A DNA stretch of 64,000 nt from an uncultured delta proteobacterium (GTDB lineage: Bacteria; Myxococcota_A; Polyangia; Polyangiales; Houyiibacteriaceae), in the NCBI GenBank assembly GCA_963786865.1, contig CAWBAV010000018.1:79292-143291 (forward strand), in the 5' to 3' direction. Positions 53,700-62,122 of this stretch are shown here, in pieces; the stretch's first letter is position 1, and the number at the start of each line of letters is the position of its first letter. A program made the translations under genes and the position numbers. A model generated the notes under the pieces. That model was not told the DNA's origin and searched no databases. It saw nothing but the letters and a program-made list of their open reading frames with translations.

Positions 53700-54841
53700 T
53701 AGTCGTTGGGTGCGCCGAGCGCGATCCACTCTTCGACGACTTGAATGAGGCTTTCGCTGATCGAGCCACCGAGCGGCATCGGGTCGCCGCAGGTCTGAAC
53801 CGCCCGCATTTTCTGAATCATGATCGAGCCTGGGGAGTCGTTGGGGATGACGAGCGTGCCCTGCCCGGCGCACGCCCCGGGTTCGGCTGCCAAGGCGTTG
53901 ACCACCGCAGACCAGGATTCGCTGGGCCAATTCGAGGTGTTCGTCGTATCCGAGCCGGTGAGGTTCAGCGCGGCGAGGCCCTCCGCGCTCGCGCCCCCGG
54001 GAATCGCCCCGCCAATGGGATTGTCGGGGTTCTGGTCGACGTTCGTATTGCGCGGACCATGACAGACCACACAGCTCTGGAACATGATGCTCCAATAGAT
54101 GTCGCTCCAGGCTGGATCTGGGAGGTCGCCCTCGGGGCCATTGTAAATGCAGGTCTCGTCGCCGATCGAGGGACAAGGCGTGAGCTCTAGCTCTGCGCTC
54201 GGTGGAATCTCGGTGCGTGCGATGACCGGAGCCTCGCATGCAAGCCAGTTGCGGATGATCTCTTCCGCTTCCTTCGTCCCGATCGACGGGAGCTCCGAAT
54301 CGTTCGACTTCCGAATCCACGGCGTGTTGTTTCGGACGCTTTCGCCCACTGCGCCTGGCGGCATCGAACCGGCGCGGATCTCTTGAATCATTCCTTCCGC
54401 CCAGTCGTTGACCGTGTTCACGTTGTTCCGTAGCCGTGACAGACGACTACAGTACGGAGTGCTGGTTTGACCGCTTTCGCAACTCGCGATCGGCGGAGAA
54501 CAGGAGGGGTCGATCGAATCGTCGATGCAGGCCAGGTTCACGTCGAAATTCAAACCTGCCGGAACGCCAATCCTTTCGGTGCCGGTCGCGGCGGGCGAAT
54601 GGCAGAACGCTCCGTCGCCGCAGGTCGACTGCACGAGCGCCTGCCCTTCGTACATCGGCAGGCCGTCGGTTACGCGATACGCGATATCGAACGCTGCAGG
54701 ACCATCGGTGCGCTGGCCATCCTCGGTCTCGCCATAGAGGCGGCAGTCGCCAAGATCGCGCTTACAACCAACGGCGCCCATGAGGGAGAGGCCCGTGAGG
54801 AGAACGATTGAGAAACAAGCAAGAACGCGACCAGCAAGCAT
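53699..54841 (-). CDS. Putative c-type cytochrome lipoprotein
   Basis: Lipobox AVGC; CVVCH canonical heme motif; CGDGAFCH; MPP and MPL candidate distal Met ligands. Confidence 0.65.
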   Translation of the reverse strand: MLAGRVLACFSIVLLTGLSLMGAVGCKRDLGDCRLYGETEDGQRTDGPAAFDIAYRVTDGLPMYEGQALVQSTCGDGAFCHSPAATGTERIGVPAGLNFDVNLACIDDSIDPSCSPPIASCESGQTSTPYCSRLSRLRNNVNTVNDWAEGMIQEIRAGSMPPGAVGESVRNNTPWIRKSNDSELPSIGTKEAEEIIRNWLACEAPVIARTEIPPSAELELTPCPSIGDETCIYNGPEGDLPDPAWSDIYWSIMFQSCVVCHGPRNTNVDQNPDNPIGGAIPGGASAEGLAALNLTGSDTTNTSNWPSESWSAVVNALAAEPGACAGQGTLVIPNDSPGSIMIQKMRAVQTCGDPMPLGGSISESLIQVVEEWIALGAPND

Positions 54842-54898
54842 CTGAGCCGGCAAATTGCTTCTGATACCCTGGGGAGTCAAGCGAGTTACGGTCGGCGC

Positions 54899-55708
54899 TC
54901 AGGCAGCGGGCCGTAGGTGCTCCAGGCGATCGCGGAGCTTCTGGCGCGCCCTCACCTCCAACTGACGGACTCGCTCCTTGCTCACGCCCATTTCGCGGCC
55001 GAGTGCCTCGAGCGTGCATGGCTCGTCGGAAAGGATCCGAGCTTCCACGATGCGTTGCTCCCGGTCGCTCAAGCTCCTCATGGCGGACTCCAGGGCGGCA
55101 CGGACATGATGTACGGCTTCGGAACGAGCGACGGACTCCTCTGGCGTGGGCTGCTTGTAGCTGATCCGGTCCATCGCAGCGGGAGCATCCGTCACCGATG
55201 CGTCGAGCGATAGGTCTCCGCGTGACAAGAGCGGCCAGAGCTGCTTCGCCCGCGTGAGCGGCATGCCGCTCTCTTCGGCGAGGGCCTGCGGCGAATCGAT
55301 CGATTTTCGACGAAACGCGCGCATTGCGCGGCGCTCGGTGCGCGTCGTTCCGAGACGCACGATTCGGTAAGACCGCACGACGTAGTCGCGGATCTCGGCG
55401 CGAATCCAGTACGCTGCGTAGGTGATGAGCCGGCAGCTCTTCTCAGGATCAAACTTGGCCGCAGCCTTCAAGAGACCCAGGTTGCCCTGCTGGACGAGAT
55501 CCTCGAGCGGGACGCCCCATCGGCGGTACTCGCGCGCAATCGCGATGACAAATGGTAAGCTCGACTCGATCAAGCGAGCGCCCGCCGCATCGTTGCCTTC
55601 CGCCCAGCTCAGGGCGAGCTCGCGCTCGGTGTCGGCGTCCAGGACCTCGACCCGCTTGAGTGAGGTGCGGTATCGGTCCAGAGCCGTTGCAGTCACAGAA
55701 GTCGTCAT
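54899..55708 (-). CDS. RpoH/sigma-32-like RNA polymerase sigma factor
   Basis: DLVQQGNLGLLKAAAKFDP, TYAAYWIRAEI, IVRLGTT (RpoH-box-like), GVSKERVRQLE. Confidence 0.85.
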   Translation of the reverse strand: MTTSVTATALDRYRTSLKRVEVLDADTERELALSWAEGNDAAGARLIESSLPFVIAIAREYRRWGVPLEDLVQQGNLGLLKAAAKFDPEKSCRLITYAAYWIRAEIRDYVVRSYRIVRLGTTRTERRAMRAFRRKSIDSPQALAEESGMPLTRAKQLWPLLSRGDLSLDASVTDAPAAMDRISYKQPTPEESVARSEAVHHVRAALESAMRSLSDREQRIVEARILSDEPCTLEALGREMGVSKERVRQLEVRARQKLRDRLEHLRPAA

Positions 55709-55721
55709 CGACGGGCGCCGT

Positions 55722-55737
55722 TGCACTATCCGTGCCC
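55722..55737 (-). promoter_or_regulatory. Candidate sigma-54 (-24/-12) promoter of the RpoH-like gene
   Basis: Minus strand GGGCACGGATAGTGCA = GG-N10-GC, close to the TGGCACG-N4-TTGCA consensus. Confidence 0.45.
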
Positions 55738-55852
55738 GTCCAACGACCCACGAAAAACCGGCGAAAACAGCCCTCTGACACTCGAAGATGCGGCATTTTG
55801 CCACACGAAGCCGCCTTCTCGCCGCAACGCGACGCGCAAGTTCCGCGCGGCC

Positions 55853-55879
55853 GACGCAAAATCCTCGGAGACGCAAAAT
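55853..55879. repeat. 10-bp direct repeat GACGCAAAAT x2 (candidate activator sites)
   Basis: 55853-55862 and 55870-55879 in the divergent intergenic region. Confidence 0.55.
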
Positions 55880-55936
55880 GGCTGGATTTTTCCGGGTCAG
55901 CTTTGCTGGGGCAGGCAGTTATGCTAGTTTCGGAAC

Positions 55937-56194
55937 GTGGAAGTCGTTCTGCGCAAAGTTGGCCGTAATTCGGGTCGAGCTGTCGTGGGACGCCTGCTCC
56001 GCCCGCCGCGCAAGGGCTCGGTAGTCGTGATCGAGTTCGCCGATGGTCTTCACGAATACGTCACGACTCCGGTAAAGCGCGTGCTGCAGCTCTGCGGGCA
56101 GGACACGTATTACCTTCAGACTGCCAACAGCCGCTACCGCCTCGAAGTTCGTTCGAGCGAGTCGGGCGTCGTGGATCAGCCGGTCGCAAACTGA
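55937..56194 (+). CDS. Small beta-rich hypothetical protein
   Basis: 85-aa ORF with good codon pattern; TGCTAGTTT box 6 nt upstream; TTPVKRV...QTANSRY. Confidence 0.65.
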   Translation: MEVVLRKVGRNSGRAVVGRLLRPPRKGSVVVIEFADGLHEYVTTPVKRVLQLCGQDTYYLQTANSRYRLEVRSSESGVVDQPVAN

Positions 56195-57021
56195 GTCGAG
56201 TCGGCGAGCATCTTGCCGAGCTTGTCCACCAGCCGGTCGAGGACGGTTTGTAGCTGCGCAAAATCCGCCTTCTTGATCTCGCTGCTGGATTCGTCGACAT
56301 AGAGTGCACGATTGATCTCGATCTGTACCGCGTGTTGTCCGAGCTTGGGAACCCCGTAACTTCGAGTCGTCCAGCCTCCCCTGTAGGGATCGTCGTGCTT
56401 CACGCTCAGGCCGGCGCCGCGGAAGTGGGTGTCGATGAGATCGATGATGCGACCATCCGCCGTCGAGCGCCCATACGTACCGGGCACGATATCGGCGCGG
56501 CGAATCTCTCGTCCGCCCAATGTGCGACGACCCATCGAGGGCATTGAATGAGCCGCTAGGATGACGACGCGGCCATGCTCATTGCGAATCCGTGCAGCGA
56601 CTTCGCGCAACGTGCGGTGGTATGGCTCATAGTAGCGTGAAAGCCGCTGCGAGAACTGTTCGACCGAGAGCGGCGCACGTAAGAGCGGGGTCCCATCGGT
56701 TCGAGCGCGCCAGACCACGCCGCGCTCGGGAATGTGACGCCCCCTCGGATGCCTCGGCACCGCGGCCGAGTCGACGTCGTCGGGGCCGCGATTGAGATCG
56801 ACGACATACCGGGACACGCGCGACACCAGGAGTGTCGCGCCATTCTCGGGCGCGCGTTCGTAGAGCTGATCGACGTAGATGTCGGAGTCCCGCAAGACTG
56901 CCGAGGGCGTAGCGTCGATCTGGGACTCGACCTCGTCCGGAACCTGTAAGCCCGAGTGGGGGACCTCGACGAGTACCGGGCTCGGCGTCGATTCTGGATA
57001 CGTTAACTCGACGAAAGACAC
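56176..57021 (-). CDS. N-formylglutamate amidohydrolase family protein
   Basis: VPHSG, SRYVVDLNR, YYEPYH, AHSMPS, PYRGG, QIEINRALY. Confidence 0.9.
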   Translation of the reverse strand: MSFVELTYPESTPSPVLVEVPHSGLQVPDEVESQIDATPSAVLRDSDIYVDQLYERAPENGATLLVSRVSRYVVDLNRGPDDVDSAAVPRHPRGRHIPERGVVWRARTDGTPLLRAPLSVEQFSQRLSRYYEPYHRTLREVAARIRNEHGRVVILAAHSMPSMGRRTLGGREIRRADIVPGTYGRSTADGRIIDLIDTHFRGAGLSVKHDDPYRGGWTTRSYGVPKLGQHAVQIEINRALYVDESSSEIKKADFAQLQTVLDRLVDKLGKMLADSTQFATG

Positions 57022-57029
57022 TGTTTGGC

Positions 57030-59030
57030 TCAGGCGCTATGGACTTCGCGGAAGGGCATTTCCGAAGGGCTCACCTTGGTACGAACCAGCCCACACGCAA
57101 GCCCTAGATAGAGAGCCCGGTAGACTGGCTCCAGATCGGCTCCCGAAGCGCTCTCGCGCGCGAGAACCCCTCCGAGAGTGGAATCCCCCAAAACGGAATC
57201 CAGAACGCCGACCCAAGCGGGAGCAAGGCGAAACGCCGTGAGCGGGGGGCCGTCCTCGCAACGCTCGACGACCCGTTCACGAAGCGGCTCGAGCACCGAT
57301 TCGATCTCCTCGAGGTGCGCCTCCGTCGCCGCGTCACGCAGGAGCTCGTATGGATCCTGCCCGGTGGGGAACGTCTCCTCGTGGCTTCGAGCACCACGGA
57401 CGAACGCCCACTCGCCCCGTCTCCAGCGGAATGCTTCCATCAGACGGCCGCGAACTTGATCTCCAATGGCCCGAAAGAGCTCGACCGGTCGGAGGATACC
57501 GAGCCCCACTAGAGCATCGCCGAGTCGTCCTCCGTACTTGGGCAGGAGCGCAAGTGCCATTTCGATTTCCATCCGCAAGCACTGCCCCGTCGCTACCAGG
57601 TATTCGCCGAGAAGCTCGGACTTGTCGGTGGACGCGACGAACTCCGGCCGTCCCTCGACGAAGTAGATCTTCTTGCGGCGATTGCGTTGCCAGAGGTGGA
57701 GCACGCCGGTCTGTTGCCGTGAGATGATGTCGTAGAATACCGGCAGGAGTGTTGCGGCACGAAGCTGCCCCTGCTTCTCGGCCTGTGCGAGCTCTTCGAG
57801 CTTCCACTGGAGTCCAGGCGAGGTGACGAAGCGTGTCAGCTCCGGAAGGCGCGATGGATCGAGATATGTGCCATCGGCCTTCGAGATCTTGCTGCTGCGA
57901 CTGTCGATCACACCGGTCGTGATCAACTGAATGAGGCGCGGATAGCTCATCGGACCCATCACGCTGCCGTCGGGAAGTTGAACGCGGTAAATGGTCGGTG
58001 AGGTCACCGCCTGCGGTCCGATCAGCTCTTGTCCCGCGTGGTGCATGAGGTCGCTGTCCACCAACGACGGCACATTTGCATCTGGGAGGTGAATCTCGGG
58101 GGCATCACCGTCGATCAAATTGAACTGAGAAAGGAGCCGCGCGACACGATCGGGCCCGTGCCCCATCCCGCGGCGACGGATCACCTCCGCACAGGCTTCG
58201 GCAAAGGCTCCGGCCGTCGGTCGCTCGGCTGGATCACGCTGGAGGCCGCGCAAGACGAGGGCGCGGATGTCTTGAGGAATGCGTCGTTCGCAGCGGGCCA
58301 GCACCCGCAGATCCGCATCCCGGATCTGGAGCAACACGTTCAGCTCGCTCTCCCCTTGGAACAGTGGCTCGCCGATCAACATTTCGGTCATCACGGTCGA
58401 CAGCGTAAAAACATCGCTCTTGCCACTGAGCTCCTTCCCGAGCACCTGTTCAGGAGACATGTACCCGAGCTTGCCGCGAACTTGGCCGTCTTCGGTGGTC
58501 GGTGCGCGACTTCTCACCGTCGCGATCCCGAAATCGGTGAGCTTCACGTGGCCAGATCGACTGAGTAAGATGTTGGCCGGGCTGACGTCCCGGTGGACGA
58601 ACTCCATGAATTCGCCGTTCTCATCGACGGCATGATGCGCATAGTCGAGCGCCTGTGCCGTTTGGTAGGCGATGTGCAAGGCCACGTCCCAGGGGATCGG
58701 CTCCTCGGGCGGTGCAGCGCGCAGCAAGCGGCTCACGTTCGAACCGTCGACCAGCTCCATGACCAGCACGAGGTCGTCGCCCATCGTACCGAAGTCGAAC
58801 ACCTGAACAATGTTGGGGTGTTCGAGCAGAGCCGCGAGCCGCGCCTCGTCGATGAACATCCACACGAAGTCCGGATCACTGGAGAACTGCGGAAGAATTC
58901 GCTTGAGCGCGACGCGCTTTTGAAAGCCGTGAAGACCTTCACGACGCGCGACGAAAACCTCGGCCATTCCCCCCGCCGCCAAGCGACGCTCGATGTGGTA
59001 CGGCCCGAGTAGCGGCCGTTCTTCGCTCAC
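57030..59030 (-). CDS. Ser/Thr protein kinase with GYF-like and DUF4388-like domains
   Basis: GGMAEV, VALK, HRDVSPAN, DFG, YMSPE; DGSVMGPMS; TGVL...KKIYFVEGRP. Confidence 0.88.
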   Translation of the reverse strand: MSEERPLLGPYHIERRLAAGGMAEVFVARREGLHGFQKRVALKRILPQFSSDPDFVWMFIDEARLAALLEHPNIVQVFDFGTMGDDLVLVMELVDGSNVSRLLRAAPPEEPIPWDVALHIAYQTAQALDYAHHAVDENGEFMEFVHRDVSPANILLSRSGHVKLTDFGIATVRSRAPTTEDGQVRGKLGYMSPEQVLGKELSGKSDVFTLSTVMTEMLIGEPLFQGESELNVLLQIRDADLRVLARCERRIPQDIRALVLRGLQRDPAERPTAGAFAEACAEVIRRRGMGHGPDRVARLLSQFNLIDGDAPEIHLPDANVPSLVDSDLMHHAGQELIGPQAVTSPTIYRVQLPDGSVMGPMSYPRLIQLITTGVIDSRSSKISKADGTYLDPSRLPELTRFVTSPGLQWKLEELAQAEKQGQLRAATLLPVFYDIISRQQTGVLHLWQRNRRKKIYFVEGRPEFVASTDKSELLGEYLVATGQCLRMEIEMALALLPKYGGRLGDALVGLGILRPVELFRAIGDQVRGRLMEAFRWRRGEWAFVRGARSHEETFPTGQDPYELLRDAATEAHLEEIESVLEPLRERVVERCEDGPPLTAFRLAPAWVGVLDSVLGDSTLGGVLARESASGADLEPVYRALYLGLACGLVRTKVSPSEMPFREVHSA

Positions 59031-59178
59031 ACATCCCTCCGTAAGTGACCGACACCCTCATCATACGCGTCTTGGGCGCCTGATGTCAGCTTAGTCCCGG
59101 TTTCAGCCAGAGCGGAACACTTGGGACTCGCCTTCGTTCCTGCTTATCATACGAATGTCCGCTGGGTACGGGGGAACC

Positions 59179-60912
59179 ATGGGGATTGTAAGGAAGACTT
59201 CGCGCACTAAAGGAACAGAGGATCCGCTTCTCGGAAAAGTGGTGGCTGGTCGATATCGGCTGGAGTCACTGCTCGGCGAAGGCGGCATGGGCGTGGTCTA
59301 TCGAGCTCGTCACGTGCTCATCGACCGGGTCGTTGCACTCAAGCTGATTCGGCCGGACCTCAGAGGCGAAACGCATTTGCGCGCCTGGATGGTACGTGAG
59401 GCCCGAGCAGCCAACCGCGTCGACCATGCACACATCGTCGACATTCACGATGTGGGTGAAACCGAAGATGGCGAGCTCTATCTGGTGATGGAGTATCTGA
59501 TCGGCGATTCGCTTTCGTCGCAGATCGCCAAGGGTCCGATGCCGATCACGCGCGCGGTCGACATCCTCGAGCAGATGACCGCCGCACTCGCGCGTGCGCA
59601 CGATCTAGGAGTCGTGCACCGCGACCTCAAGAGCGACAACATCATGGTCACCTCGCGCGGCGGCCGAAAAGATTTCGTGAAGATCCTCGATTTCGGGCTC
59701 GCCGCGCTGACACGTGACCCGAGGCTTGCGCCCAAGGGAGCGGTGTTCGGAACACCGGAATACATGTCGCCCGAGCAGGCACGTGGCGAAGATGCGGTAG
59801 CGGCTAGTGATCTCTATGCGCTGGGCATTCTGTTCTTCGAAATGCTCACCGGCCGACTGCCCTTCCGCTCGGGAGACCGTGACGAGCTGCTCGAAATGCA
59901 GCGCAAGGCAAAGGCGCCCAGCCCTCGCAAGTACCGGCCCGACATTCCTGATCACGCAGAGCGAATCATCCTCACGCTTCTCGAGAAGAACCCGGAAGAC
60001 CGATTCCGTGACGGCCACCATCTCAAAGAAGAGCTGAAGGAGATGCAGCGCACCCTTCCATCGCGCGAATGGGACTCGCCGACGGATCTCGCTCCTGCCG
60101 CTCCACCCCCTCCTCCACCTGCGCAGACGCCCGGCGTGGTCGAGTGGAGCCGAACGGCGGCCAACTTCCTTCGCGCCGTTGCCCGGGCCTACCCCGACGG
60201 CGACGCGCCCACCGAAGTTCAGGGCGCGTCGGACCAGATCTGGGTGCTGGCGTCGAGGGCATCGAGGCTCGAAGGAGAGCTCGAAAGCCACTCGAAGAAG
60301 CTCGAAACGATCGAAAAGCGGGGGCGTGCGCTTCGCGCCGAGATCGGCCGAAAGGTCGAAGACCTCGCTGGCGAGGAGTCGCGCGCGCTGCGTGACGCCT
60401 CGTCCGAGCGCGACATGCTGAGCCAGTTGATCCTCAAGCGAAAGCGGGCTCAACGCGAACATGCTGCAGCCCACGCGGAAGTGCAGGCGGCAGGCACGAA
60501 CATCGAGCGAATCCGGCGTGGATACGAGGCCTTCGGCGCGACTCGCGCTGAAGTAGAGATCCTGGAAAGCGTGGCCCGAGACTACGAACGACGCGCCCGC
60601 TCGAAAGAAGACGTTGCAGCGGAACGCCGCAAGCAGATCGAAGAGCTTCGGGCTCAGCTCAAGCGATACAGCGAAGCACTGGAGAACGATCTGCAGACCG
60701 GACGCGAACGCATCGCCAACCGTGTGCGAGAGGCCCTCGAGTACGAGAAGGCCTTCGGCGACGCCTCGAACCTGCTCCTCGACCACCTCCGCGACAAGAC
60801 GGAATGCCGAGAGCTACTCGAAGACATCGACAAGGCGCGCAAGGGCAGGGACCCCGACGACAAGCCTTCCGAGCTCCAAGAGCTCATGGAAAAGCACGTC
60901 GCCGCTCAGTAG
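59179..60912 (+). CDS. Cytoplasmic Ser/Thr protein kinase with long C-terminal coiled coil
   Basis: LGEGGMGVV, VALK, HRDLKSDN, DFG, YMSPE; Pro linker then E/R/K-rich helix. Confidence 0.9.
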   Translation: MGIVRKTSRTKGTEDPLLGKVVAGRYRLESLLGEGGMGVVYRARHVLIDRVVALKLIRPDLRGETHLRAWMVREARAANRVDHAHIVDIHDVGETEDGELYLVMEYLIGDSLSSQIAKGPMPITRAVDILEQMTAALARAHDLGVVHRDLKSDNIMVTSRGGRKDFVKILDFGLAALTRDPRLAPKGAVFGTPEYMSPEQARGEDAVAASDLYALGILFFEMLTGRLPFRSGDRDELLEMQRKAKAPSPRKYRPDIPDHAERIILTLLEKNPEDRFRDGHHLKEELKEMQRTLPSREWDSPTDLAPAAPPPPPPAQTPGVVEWSRTAANFLRAVARAYPDGDAPTEVQGASDQIWVLASRASRLEGELESHSKKLETIEKRGRALRAEIGRKVEDLAGEESRALRDASSERDMLSQLILKRKRAQREHAAAHAEVQAAGTNIERIRRGYEAFGATRAEVEILESVARDYERRARSKEDVAAERRKQIEELRAQLKRYSEALENDLQTGRERIANRVREALEYEKAFGDASNLLLDHLRDKTECRELLEDIDKARKGRDPDDKPSELQELMEKHVAAQ

Positions 60913-60957
60913 ACGCGCACGATCGGGACCCGCTTCCGCTTCTGAGACGTAGATTCG

Positions 60958-61428
60958 TCACCGTCGCGCCCTGCTCAGTCGGCGTCCAGGCAGGCAGCTT
61001 TTTGCGCATCGGAGAGCCTGCCCGCAGACGCTGACGATTGTGACCTCACGTTGACCGTCGCTCGGTACTTCGAAGGTCTGCGATGCAGTACAGAGGATCT
61101 CGCCGTCGCACTCGAGGTAGAAGGCGGCGGCGCATCGCAGGTCGTTCGGAAGGTCCATCACGCTCGCGGTGACCTCACTCGGCTGGAAAAGAGCCGGGTC
61201 AAAGTCCAACGGGGATTCGAAACGATAGACATCTCCGGACAGGAGATCATCCAAACAGCCAGCGACGGACTCGCCGCAACAGACGAGCTCTTCCACGCGG
61301 TACGGATGGGCCGGGAAAGGCCATTCGACGCGGATGAGCGTGTTGCCGGCGTACGAGGGCTCAGGGTCACCGCAGGCAACGAGCAGCGCTGCGCCCAAGG
61401 CGAGGACGAGAGCGAGACTACGGTTCAT
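60958..61428 (-). CDS. Cys-rich lipoprotein, hypothetical
   Basis: Lipobox LVAC; several Cys; TGCTAGGCT box 9 nt upstream. Confidence 0.6.
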   Translation of the reverse strand: MNRSLALVLALGAALLVACGDPEPSYAGNTLIRVEWPFPAHPYRVEELVCCGESVAGCLDDLLSGDVYRFESPLDFDPALFQPSEVTASVMDLPNDLRCAAAFYLECDGEILCTASQTFEVPSDGQREVTIVSVCGQALRCAKSCLPGRRLSRARR

Positions 61429-61483
61429 TTCTCTTTGAGCCTAGCACGGTCGCCGCTGGCGCTGGCGCTGGCCGAGCGGGCCT

Positions 61484-61894
61484 CGGGCGAACGCGACGCG
61501 GGGTTCCGTCGAACGGCTCGGCTTGCAATTGTGGTCGGATGCACTGGAGGGGTTGGACCACGCAAGCCTCGCCTCGGCGCTCACGCCAATCGGAGGTGGT
61601 TGCTCGCTTGCCGATTGTCATTCGCGACGTCGACTCCACCCCACATCGCGTTCGCCCGTTTCCCTCCGTACGGCGGTGTCACCCGCAGCGGCAGCGTCAC
61701 GGCACTTGCTTCCGCGCGAACAGAGGAGGACGGCTCGGGATGGGCAGCGCAGCGATTGGGCGGGAGGCTAGACGTACGGAGCCGTAGAGAGACAGCCGAG
61801 CGGGCCCCAATCGCGAGCACGCCCGTCGCGAGCCGCCCTCCGGTGACGCAGCCACGCAACACTGGCGCTGGCACTGCCACTGATACTGACACCG
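61484..61894 (-). other. Highly structured intergenic element (two long hairpins); candidate ncRNA or palindromic repeat element
   Basis: Nested inverted repeats: 61484-61504/61638-61658, 61674-61681/61887-61894, 61694-61700/61843-61849, 61725-61737/61829-61841, 61752-61760/61806-61814. Confidence 0.55.
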
Positions 61895-61929
61895 GTCCCA
61901 CGCGCCCCGGTGATCTCGCTGGACGCCCC

Positions 61930-62016
61930 TGGTAGCCGAGGCCGGACTCGAACCGGCACACCCTCGCGGATACCGGATTTTGAATCCGGCGCGTCTGCCA
62001 ATTCCGCCACTCGGCC
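61930..62016 (-). tRNA. tRNA-Leu (CAA)
   Basis: GGCCGAG TG GCGGAATTGGCAGACGCG CCGGA TT CAA AA TCCGG, long variable arm, GGTTCGAGTCC T-arm, CTCGGCT A CCA. Confidence 0.96.
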
Positions 62017-62122
62017 AGAGCGGAGCCTCTTATAGCAGGCCCCGGCAACTGTGCAGCCCTCATTGGCTTGTGAGAGATCTCCGGGTTCGCTAGGCTCGCG
62101 GCAACTGGAAGGGGCTCGATTC

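Noticed and set aside
55905-55925. Plus-strand sigma-54 promoter for the 85-aa ORF
   Set aside because: GG-to-GC spacing is 11 rather than 10; an extended -10 fits better
60913-62016. Genomic island or prophage integrated at tRNA-Leu
   Set aside because: No integrase, no duplicated tRNA 3-prime end seen, and no obvious compositional shift in the window
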